In this document: positions 1-7,113 of the stretch, one piece after another
Layout of the letters: the number at the start of each line of letters is the position of its first letter
Position numbering within the stretch: position 1 is the stretch's first letter
Virus record (IMG/VR): IMGVR_UViG_3300044617_001156
DNA from: a virus
DNA: 64,000 nt
Direction: 5' to 3' (one strand)
The notes under the pieces: generated by a model
Seen by the model: only the letters and a program-made list of their open reading frames with translations
Databases searched by the model: none
Told to the model about the DNA's origin: nothing
Program-made: the position numbers and the translations under genes

Positions 1-44
1 ATCAGTGTAGTTCGCAGGTGAGTCTCACTGAGAATGCAGTGGCC

Positions 45-68
45 ATCAGGGTGAAAACCCTGATTTTT
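45..68 (+). terminator. Hairpin ATCAGGGT-GAAA-ACCCTGAT followed by a short T tract; possible intrinsic terminator or part of a structured RNA
   Basis: Perfect 8-bp inverted repeat with GNRA loop, then TTTT. Confidence 0.5.
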
Positions 69-126
69 CTGCAATTTCACCGCAGACGACCTAGAACCCA
101 TCGACCGCAACCAAATTCACGATTTA

Positions 127-315
127 TTGGAAAGTATAATGAAAGAGGGATTTATTGTCGGCAAAGGTAACTATGCAGCGGTGCCCTATGGACGACAACT
201 GATGATTATTCACAATGGAGAGCAACTGAAAGTGTGTAGGACTGAAGCATCAGCAAGAAAATTTATTGACGACCACAAGAAAGGCAAAAGCACTGCTAAG
301 TTGCCCATTGATTGA
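127..315 (+). CDS. Small hypothetical protein (ATG start probably at 139)
   Basis: ORF track; stop lies 3 nt before repeat copy 1. Confidence 0.65.
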   Translation: MESIMKEGFIVGKGNYAAVPYGRQLMIIHNGEQLKVCRTEASARKFIDDHKKGKSTAKLPID

Positions 316-379
316 AACTGGGCCCTTGAAAGTGTCCCTATAATGTAACCACCATTCCGTGTCGATCACGGCATATTAA

Positions 380-1126
380 ATGTTCAAAACTGACGGTTCC
401 GTTCATCATGGCGGAGTAAAAAATGAAAATCAAACTATTCAGATTCTCAATGAATTGAAAATCTATTCCAACATTGTTGAAAAACGTGGCGGAACTACTC
501 AAAAGGCAGATGCTGTCGCTGGTGATAAGAAAATCAGCATCAAACGGAAAGAAGGTATCGCAAATGGATCATTTGACTGGTTTAACACAAGCAAGTATAA
601 TGATGTCTTAGGTAACACTTTCGATACCTTTCTTTCAAACATGAAAGAGATGCGTTCCATGCCCAAAGATCTCATCAAAGATGATGAGTTCATCTTGAAA
701 GTGCGGGACAATTTCAATCAACTGTGTGAGTTGTCTTTGGACACTCTGAGTAGCGACCAAATTATTGATATTTTACGTCGCGGTCTGATTGATGCAAATG
801 ATGATTTTGATGTTGTAATTACCGACACTAAAACCAATACTCTGTATGTTTTTGGTGCTGATCAACATCCTGCTGTTGGTTATATCAATCAAGGATTTAC
901 TGCTGTTCTTCAAGGTAAGGGAAAATCATCCCGAAAAGTGTTGTTTTCTGATGGCATAAATCTTTATGACTGCGGTCTGCGTATTCGTGTTACCAGTAAC
1001 AATGGTATCAATGCTTTTCTTGGTTTAAGTAAAGCAAACAAGAACTCTCAGGTTGTAATCAAACTCCAACAAGATAACGTCAAACAACTACTCATCTCCA
1101 CCGAAGCGAAGAACTATGACTATTGA
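380..1126 (+). CDS. Putative PD-(D/E)xK restriction endonuclease
   Basis: KAD-x7-ISIK catalytic-like motif; overlaps the start of the downstream DNA methyltransferase. Confidence 0.6.
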   Translation: MFKTDGSVHHGGVKNENQTIQILNELKIYSNIVEKRGGTTQKADAVAGDKKISIKRKEGIANGSFDWFNTSKYNDVLGNTFDTFLSNMKEMRSMPKDLIKDDEFILKVRDNFNQLCELSLDTLSSDQIIDILRRGLIDANDDFDVVITDTKTNTLYVFGADQHPAVGYINQGFTAVLQGKGKSSRKVLFSDGINLYDCGLRIRVTSNNGINAFLGLSKANKNSQVVIKLQQDNVKQLLISTEAKNYDY

Positions 1127-2078
1127 AATCCTACAGCAATCCGCAGAGAAAATGACTGAAATTCAACAGTCATTCGATCTTATCTACATGGATCCTCCGT
1201 TTGGATTGCAAAGGGATTTTAAGATGTTAGAGCAAGATGGTGAAGAAAAAGGATTCTCTGATAACTGGGAGTCCTTTGATGATTATATTTTATGGTATGC
1301 AGATATCATAAACAAGGCATGGGACAAATTGAATAAGGATGGGTGGATTTATCTGCACAACAACTTCATTGGTAACGCACTTGTTTTATCTCATGTAGAT
1401 CGAAAAGTGCGTGATGCCTTTTATACAAACATTTCATGGAAACGTTCTGGTCCAAAGAATAACATCAAGAACGGATGGGGTAACATTGTAGATTCAATTA
1501 TGGTTCTCCGTAAGGGTAATCCATACTTTGAAGTTGAATATACAGACCTTGACTCAAAGTATGAGAAGAATAGCTTTAAGAACCAAGATGAAAAGGGATT
1601 CTATGCTCTCGCCAAAACTACAGGAGAAAAGAGTCGCCCTGGACGAATCTTTGACTATAAAGGTTACAAACCAGAGTATGGGTGGCGAGTAAGTGAAGAC
1701 ATGCTCAAAGAGATGGATGAGCATAACTTACTGCACTTTGGTAAGAATACAATCTACAAAAAGATTTACCTAGAAGATAGCAAAGGCGTCCCAGTTCAAA
1801 ATCTATGGGATGATGTGTATTTCATCTCTCGCAGTGAATCGAACAAGCGTAAGTATCCAACACAAAAACCACTCAAACTATTGGAGAGGATTATTAAGTC
1901 ATCTTGCCCTGAAAATGGATGGGTTTTTGATCCTTTTGCTGGGTCTGGAACTACAGCAATCGCATCGCAACTTCTTGGAAGAAACTGTATCACATGCGAC
2001 ATCAATCCACAGTCAATACAATTAGTGACTGAAGCAATCAAAGAAACAGAAAATCCTCTCATTTCTGCAATGAATTGA
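1116..2078 (+). CDS. Site-specific DNA methyltransferase, N6-adenine/N4-cytosine type, beta class
   Basis: N-terminal DLIYMDPPF catalytic motif; C-terminal YPTQKP and VFDPFAGSGTT SAM-binding motif. Confidence 0.93.
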   Translation: MTIEILQQSAEKMTEIQQSFDLIYMDPPFGLQRDFKMLEQDGEEKGFSDNWESFDDYILWYADIINKAWDKLNKDGWIYLHNNFIGNALVLSHVDRKVRDAFYTNISWKRSGPKNNIKNGWGNIVDSIMVLRKGNPYFEVEYTDLDSKYEKNSFKNQDEKGFYALAKTTGEKSRPGRIFDYKGYKPEYGWRVSEDMLKEMDEHNLLHFGKNTIYKKIYLEDSKGVPVQNLWDDVYFISRSESNKRKYPTQKPLKLLERIIKSSCPENGWVFDPFAGSGTTAIASQLLGRNCITCDINPQSIQLVTEAIKETENPLISAMN

Positions 2079-2124
2079 ACTGGGCCCCTGAAAGTGTACC
2101 AGTAGTGTAGTTCACACGGTCCGC

Positions 2125-2370
2125 ATGACCCGCACCCGTAAGCAAACCGCAAATGTTGCTGCTGAAGTGAAAGTGCCTGAGGTTCTCATCACTCGTCAGC
2201 AATACATTCAAGACATTAAGGTTCGCTGGGAAATCCATCAGTATGAAGTCAACAAACTTCGTGAAGATGTAACCAAGTTCAGTCAAACTGTTTCTCCTTA
2301 TGTGAAGCAAATGATTGACTACACGACCGAAAAGTATCAACAACTGTTCGCTCGTCGTCTGACTGCTTGA
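2125..2370 (+). CDS. Hypothetical early protein
   Basis: ORF between repeat copy 2 and a terminator. Confidence 0.8.
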   Translation: MTRTRKQTANVAAEVKVPEVLITRQQYIQDIKVRWEIHQYEVNKLREDVTKFSQTVSPYVKQMIDYTTEKYQQLFARRLTA

Positions 2371-2379
2371 TGATACACC

Positions 2380-2406
2380 AAGGCACCATCACTAGGTGCC
2401 TTTTTT
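2380..2406 (+). terminator. Rho-independent terminator
   Basis: AAGGCACC-atcacta-GGTGCCTT followed by a T run. Confidence 0.8.
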
Positions 2407-2446
2407 ATTGAAAATGTTAGTGGGCCCTGTAAAGTGTCCTAGTATT

Positions 2447-3343
2447 ATGAAGAACACCCATCTCAATCATCCCGAAGATCAGATTCTTACAGGTGATCTA
2501 TCTGTGCTGGATTGGATGTATGAATCTGATAGTTTCATCTCCACAAAAATTGATGGTGCTCCGGCTGTAGTGTTTGGAACTGACCCTGAGACTGGTAAGT
2601 TCTTCTGTGGGACAAAATCAGTTTTTAACAAGAAGAAAATCAAGGTAAATTACAGCATTGAAGACATTCTCCGTAATCACGGTAACACTCCTCGCGTTGC
2701 AGAGATTCTTATTGCCTGCTTCAACAATTTCCCCAGGATTGATAACATCATTCAAGGTGATTTCATCGGATACGGTGGAAACAGCACTTATCGCCCCAAC
2801 ACTATCACCTATCACTTTCCTAGTGTAGTCAAAGAAGCAATCATCTTTGCTCCTCATACGACCTATTCTGGTACAAATCTTCGTGAATGTGTTGCATCCT
2901 TTGGTGCATCAGTTCCTGAGTGTGAGAATGTGAAATGGGTGCAACCTGATGCATCTATCTGTCCTTATCGTGAGGATATTGAAGATGTGTGTAAGTTTGC
3001 AAAGCAAATGAGCACACTGTGTGAGTTCGTGAATGATAAGCAAGCAACAGAACTCAAGAAAATCATCAATTCTTACATCCGTGAGGGTAAGGAGGTTGAC
3101 GAACATGAAATTGCAGAAAATTATGATGTTGATATCAACCTGCTGCGACTTCACAAACTCGTTGCATCAATCAAGACCGATTTGTTCTTCTTCATCTCTG
3201 ATGACGATAGCATCTCCTGTGAGATTGATGGTAAAGAGTCTGCGCATGAAGGGTATGTAATGACGAATCGTTTTGGAACATACAAGATTGTTGACCGCAC
3301 TCAATTCAGCCGTGCTAACTTTACACTTCAAAAGAACTGGTAA
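2447..3343 (+). CDS. Phage protein with ligase/nucleotidyltransferase-like motifs (RNA-ligase-like fold)
   Basis: STKIDG (KxDG), IIQGD, HEGYV, YKIV; start reassigned to ATG 2447 (MKNTHLNHPED) at the end of repeat copy 3. Confidence 0.65.
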   Translation: MKNTHLNHPEDQILTGDLSVLDWMYESDSFISTKIDGAPAVVFGTDPETGKFFCGTKSVFNKKKIKVNYSIEDILRNHGNTPRVAEILIACFNNFPRIDNIIQGDFIGYGGNSTYRPNTITYHFPSVVKEAIIFAPHTTYSGTNLRECVASFGASVPECENVKWVQPDASICPYREDIEDVCKFAKQMSTLCEFVNDKQATELKKIINSYIREGKEVDEHEIAENYDVDINLLRLHKLVASIKTDLFFFISDDDSISCEIDGKESAHEGYVMTNRFGTYKIVDRTQFSRANFTLQKNW

Positions 3344-3376
3344 TGATTAGTGGGCCCTTGGAAGTGTCCTAGTAGT

Positions 3377-3535
3377 ATGAGAACCACACACCGATTCCAA
3401 AGTTTCAAAGAAGCACTCAACTTTCTGATGAGTGAGTTTCAAATGAGCAATCAGCAAGCAACTCACTTCATCTGGGACAATCAGTTCACTATGGGAACTG
3501 ACCGTGCTATTTGGATTACTGAACCTACCAACTGA
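3377..3535 (+). CDS. Small hypothetical protein
   Basis: ATG at the end of repeat copy 4; ORF track frame. Confidence 0.65.
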   Translation: MRTTHRFQSFKEALNFLMSEFQMSNQQATHFIWDNQFTMGTDRAIWITEPTN

Positions 3536-3537
3536 TT

Positions 3538-3891
3538 ATGACTACTACCATCACTGAATACGCTGCACAGAAAGATGCACAAAACACAATCTATCTTAAC
3601 ATTGTTAAGTATGGTCTGATGCTATGTGATGCTCTCGGTCACGATGCGCCTGATAATTACTTCTATGAACTGGATAGTTCTGGTCGTAAGTATCACAGAA
3701 TCTGGATGTATATTGGAGACCGTCGTGATAGTATTCATGCTTTCATTGATAAGCAAACTGGTTCAGTATTGAAACCTGCAAGTGTAAAAGCGCCAGCTAA
3801 GGGTGAGAGGTACAACCTCCTCTCTATTCCTTCCCGTGAGAAGTGTTTTGAAAGTGCTGATGCTTTTGGTGGTTATCTGTACGCACGATGA
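3538..3891 (+). CDS. Conserved phage hypothetical protein
   Basis: RKYHRI...SIHAFID...G.VLKPAS.KAPAKG.RYNL pattern, recalled as widespread among phage early proteins. Confidence 0.8.
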   Translation: MTTTITEYAAQKDAQNTIYLNIVKYGLMLCDALGHDAPDNYFYELDSSGRKYHRIWMYIGDRRDSIHAFIDKQTGSVLKPASVKAPAKGERYNLLSIPSREKCFESADAFGGYLYAR

Positions 3892-4151
3892 CTTACTCTA
3901 ACCTTTCAAAGATTCGTCCGAAACTGAGAACATCAGGTAATGTAACAGGTAACTTCGGCCGCCCAAAATCAAAAGCAGGTTCATCACTGAATGAGATTGG
4001 AATGAGTACTAAAGAAAGCATTAAATGTGCTACACAGGATGAGTATCTGAATCGTCTTTATTCTGCATTTGATAATACTGATGATGCAAAGTTAAAAAAG
4101 TTTCTGTATCAAGAGATTCGTAAGATTCTTATCACACAAGGAAAGTGGTGA
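3888..4151 (+). CDS. Hypothetical protein
   Basis: ATGA overlap with the upstream gene. Confidence 0.8.
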   Translation: MTYSNLSKIRPKLRTSGNVTGNFGRPKSKAGSSLNEIGMSTKESIKCATQDEYLNRLYSAFDNTDDAKLKKFLYQEIRKILITQGKW

Positions 4152-4184
4152 GAAATAGTGGGCCCTTGAAAGTGTCCTAGTAGT

Positions 4185-4433
4185 ATGAACAACACTACCG
4201 ACCGCAAGTTTCACAACATTTCCCTTGAAGATCGTGAAATGTTTGCTTACAACAACTATCAAGAGCGTAAGAAACAGCAACTCGCTGCAGTTGCACCTGA
4301 ACTGCGTATCAAATACTGCTTCGAGTTTCTGAAAGGTTACGTCGCTGAAGGTGATACTGAGATGGCAAAGCGTTGCTATGATGGTATTGCTAAGTACAGC
4401 GAAGTTCTTGACTATTCCGAAGCACACTTCTGA
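4185..4433 (+). CDS. Hypothetical protein
   Basis: ATG at the end of repeat copy 5. Confidence 0.75.
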   Translation: MNNTTDRKFHNISLEDREMFAYNNYQERKKQQLAAVAPELRIKYCFEFLKGYVAEGDTEMAKRCYDGIAKYSEVLDYSEAHF

Positions 4434-4439
4434 TTCACA

Positions 4440-4532
4440 ATGACTGGTGGCATTATCTTCCTGATCGCTTATGCAATGGGCGCAGGACATGTTTTTCTGA
4501 TTCGTTATCTCTCACGTAAAGGTATTATTTGA
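4440..4532 (+). CDS. 30-aa hydrophobic peptide MTGGIIFLIAYAMGAGHVFLIRYLSRKGII
   Basis: Hand-translated; fills the gap, one TM-like segment with a basic tail. Confidence 0.55.
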   Translation: MTGGIIFLIAYAMGAGHVFLIRYLSRKGII

Positions 4533-4534
4533 TT

Positions 4535-4678
4535 ATGAAATACGAAGTCACTTTATACGTTTCTGGACGTAACTTCAAGGACATTGTAATTGCTAATTCA
4601 CCAACAGATGCAAGAGTTACAGCTGAAGCACGCAATCCTACAGCACGTGTTGTAGCAGTCAACGGAACGTTTAAGTAA
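4535..4678 (+). CDS. 47-aa hypothetical protein MKYEVTLYVSG...ARNPTARVVAVNGTFK
   Basis: Hand-translated; stop 1 nt before repeat copy 6. Confidence 0.75.
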   Translation: MKYEVTLYVSGRNFKDIVIANSPTDARVTAEARNPTARVVAVNGTFK

Positions 4679-4723
4679 CTGGGCCCCCGAAACTGTACCA
4701 GTAGTAACACCACACATCAAACC

Positions 4724-4921
4724 ATGAACTACTACAAAATCACTGAAATTGACTTTGACTTTGGCGGTGAAGATATCACTCAAGAAGAGATTGATACTAT
4801 CGTCACTGAAACAAAAGGTTGTCTCTGGACTTCACCAACTGAAGAAGATCTAGCAGACATCATCTCAAACAACACTGGTTGGTGCATTAACTCTCTGTCC
4901 TATGATGTGATTGCTGCCTGA
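4724..4921 (+). CDS. Small acidic hypothetical protein
   Basis: ORF track; C/A-rich leader after repeat copy 6. Confidence 0.75.
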   Translation: MNYYKITEIDFDFGGEDITQEEIDTIVTETKGCLWTSPTEEDLADIISNNTGWCINSLSYDVIAA

Positions 4922-5061
4922 TGATTGAAACTGATTTCTTTATTCTCACTCATGATCAATACCATCAATTCAATTCTGAAGCATCAGAACTTGGTTTAAG
5001 TATTGATTATTATCTCAGTGAGTTTATGGACATTGATGGACCATGGGTCATCACTGATTAA
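4921..5061 (+). CDS. 46-aa acidic hypothetical protein MIETDFFILT...
   Basis: Hand-translated; TGATG coupling; stop just before repeat copy 7. Confidence 0.65.
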   Translation: MIETDFFILTHDQYHQFNSEASELGLSIDYYLSEFMDIDGPWVITD

Positions 5062-5114
5062 AACTGGGCCCCTGAAACTGTACCAGTAGTATAACCACTC
5101 ACCACTGAAACCAA

Positions 5115-5432
5115 ATGACCCGCCTGATTGAACGCCAAATGAATGAAGCAATCCTGAAAGAAAAGGATTGGAAAAAGGATAACACTGAAGTTATCAACTA
5201 CAGCAACTGTTCTGATGTGTTTCTGTATGGTAATCTGATTGCTCGCATTGGCGAAACCTGGTTAGAGTTGTTCGATGGAGGTTATCAATCAGTAACTACA
5301 AAGTCTCGGCTAAATGCTATTCTCGCTGCTCATGGTGCAGACAATGAGTATGTGTTTCAGAAGAAAGGTCAGTGGTTTGTTAACTACGAAGGCGGACCAA
5401 TCCCCTTCTTCTCCGGTATGCGCCTGAACTGA
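5115..5432 (+). CDS. Conserved phage hypothetical protein
   Basis: LYGNLIA...GGYQSVTTKSRLNAIL...QK...W pattern recalled from phage early proteins. Confidence 0.8.
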   Translation: MTRLIERQMNEAILKEKDWKKDNTEVINYSNCSDVFLYGNLIARIGETWLELFDGGYQSVTTKSRLNAILAAHGADNEYVFQKKGQWFVNYEGGPIPFFSGMRLN

Positions 5433-5491
5433 ATGTTGTTTAATCTAGTTCTGTTCTCATCCATCATTGTTCGCTATCACTTTCACCACTG

Positions 5492-5668
5492 ATGATTGAA
5501 CTCCTCATTGCATCAACATTCGCTACCGCTCTGTCTTCGACTATCATCGGACAATCACTCATTGGACCTAATCTTCTTCGGACTGATTATCTCACTGACC
5601 AAAATCAAATCATCACGATTCAAGAGACAATCACAGAACTCCCAGAAGACCAACCGTGTAACCTATGA
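5492..5668 (+). CDS. 58-aa hypothetical protein with hydrophobic N-terminus
   Basis: Hand-translated; coupled to the next ORF by ATGA. Confidence 0.6.
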   Translation: MIELLIASTFATALSSTIIGQSLIGPNLLRTDYLTDQNQIITIQETITELPEDQPCNL

Positions 5669-5790
5669 CTAAGTTTCTCATTGGAACAATCACAGGTATT
5701 ATACTCTCAACAGTAGGATTCCAAGGGTTAGCAAACCTAGGTAATCGTACTATCACAACCATCGAATCATTCGCTCAATCACAACAATGA
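5665..5790 (+). CDS. 41-aa membrane peptide MTKFLIGTITGIILSTVGFQGLANLG...
   Basis: Hand-translated; ATGA overlaps at both ends. Confidence 0.65.
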   Translation: MTKFLIGTITGIILSTVGFQGLANLGNRTITTIESFAQSQQ

Positions 5791-5975
5791 ACAACGATCA
5801 AAAGGATTCAATGCTTGCAAACATCCTAGAGCAAGTACAACAACAAATCGTTAATCTAGTAGAGAACGATCTAATCGAAGAGTCTTACTCTCTATACAAA
5901 GAATGGGAAGAACATTTCAACAATAATATCACTGAACTAGAAATCATTACTATCAATGATCTGACTGCTATTTGA
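5787..5975 (+). CDS. Small acidic hypothetical protein
   Basis: ORF track; ATGA coupling. Confidence 0.7.
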   Translation: MNNDQKDSMLANILEQVQQQIVNLVENDLIEESYSLYKEWEEHFNNNITELEIITINDLTAI

Positions 5976-6070
5976 TAGTAACAAGAGGAAGGGAGTTTGC
6001 CTCATCTAAGTAAACAAAGTGACTTCTGTAAAGTAGAGATAATTCCTATTCATTTGGTGATGTGGATTAT

Positions 6071-6101
6071 AGAGAGGGGAGTGGTGTCCTCTCTCTTTTT
6101 T
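6071..6101 (+). terminator. Rho-independent terminator
   Basis: AGAGAGGGGA-gtggtg-TCCTCTCTCT then a T run. Confidence 0.75.
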
Positions 6102-6176
6102 ATTGTCTAAAAACCTTGTTTTAATGCTTAAATGTTAGGAAATCAATAAAAAAAGGCTATTTTAAATATATCTGAG

Positions 6177-6219
6177 TTTTCAACAGCCTTGTGGAAAAGT
6201 GTGTGGAATATGTGGAAAA
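6177..6219. promoter_or_regulatory. Cluster of four DnaA-box-like 9-mers (cyanobacterial TTTTCCACA type)
   Basis: TTTTCAACA 6177-6185, TGTGGAAAA 6190-6198, TGTGGAATA 6202-6210, TGTGGAAAA 6211-6219; adjacent AT-rich tract at about 6097-6176. Confidence 0.55.
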
Positions 6220-6284
6220 ATACCCTTATGAAGTCTTATAATACCCTTTAAAGCCTCATAGACCTTGTGATCTTACGTTGCGTC

Positions 6285-6313
6285 AGCCTAACACATAAGT
6301 TCTCACACGTCAA
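6285..6313 (-). promoter_or_regulatory. sigma70-like promoter on the minus strand, facing the DnaA-box cluster
   Basis: TTGACG-17 nt-TAGGCT on the minus strand. Confidence 0.4.
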
Positions 6314-6410
6314 CCCCCACTTTCCCGGAATATCATAAAATCCCCACACAACTCCCAGAATACTCTGAGACCCCTCTAAAATCGCCTGTAAGGACACTAA
6401 ATACCAACAC

Positions 6411-6439
6411 TTGACGTATGTCTCATTATCCCTTATAAT
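6411..6439 (+). promoter_or_regulatory. sigma70-like early promoter
   Basis: TTGACG-17 nt-TATAAT. Confidence 0.85.
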
Positions 6440-6471
6440 TGCCTCATACAACACATTCAAGGAGAACACTT

Positions 6472-6645
6472 ATGTCGGTTGCCTACAGTCAAGCACAGAA
6501 GCAGCGTTATCGTATTACCCTTGACATTTCAGCATATCCTGATTTCGATCCACACAACATCAACTGGAATAAGTTATTTGAACTCGAAGGATCTGAGAAC
6601 TGTGAGGCATATGTAGAAGACCTAAGTCGTCCTGATAAGTGGTGA
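6472..6645 (+). CDS. Small hypothetical protein
   Basis: AAGGAGA Shine-Dalgarno before ATG 6472; promoter upstream and hairpin downstream. Confidence 0.8.
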   Translation: MSVAYSQAQKQRYRITLDISAYPDFDPHNINWNKLFELEGSENCEAYVEDLSRPDKW

Positions 6646-6671
6646 TATAAGAGCATACAATAAGACTCCTT

Positions 6672-6698
6672 AAGAGACTCCTATAAGGGGTCTTTTTT
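6672..6698 (+). terminator. Probable intrinsic terminator
   Basis: AAGAGACTCCT-ata-AGGGGTCTTTT plus T run. Confidence 0.6.
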
Positions 6699-6704
6699 AA
6701 TGGC

Positions 6705-6733
6705 TTGACATACCTTACAGATCCTTGTATAAT
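6705..6733 (+). promoter_or_regulatory. Perfect-consensus sigma70 promoter
   Basis: TTGACA-17 nt-TATAAT. Confidence 0.9.
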
Positions 6734-6843
6734 ATCTTTGTGGAGATTGATAAGTGCATTAAGAGCTTATACAATGAGCCTACCGAAGGTAATCACGAAC
6801 GTAGTGAGTGATTGAATTGGGCCCCGTAAAGTGTACCGGTAGT

Positions 6844-7113
6844 ATGACCACCACACTCACACCAATGACTAACACTCTCCAAGCAAAAGTACAGGACACC
6901 ACCTATAACGGTTGGACTAACTTCCAGACTTTCAATGTTGCACTCTGGATCAACAATGATGAGGGTCTATATGATATCGCCCGTGAGACAGGTTCCTATC
7001 AGGACTTCGTTGCATATATCAGTGAGTTCATGTTGCAAACTCCTGATGGTGTAAGGTTCAATGACCCCGCTGTGAATGTGATCGAACTGAATAGCGAAGT
7101 GTTCGATTTCTGA
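6844..7113 (+). CDS. Conserved phage hypothetical protein (TYNGWTN..T.NVALW pattern)
   Basis: ATG at the end of repeat copy 8 (alternative ATG at 6865). Confidence 0.8.
   Translation: MTTTLTPMTNTLQAKVQDTTYNGWTNFQTFNVALWINNDEGLYDIARETGSYQDFVAYISEFMLQTPDGVRFNDPAVNVIELNSEVFDF

Noticed and set aside
6248-6469. Minus-strand 73-aa ORF in the putative origin region
   Set aside because: No SD, against the uniform gene orientation, and overlapping promoters
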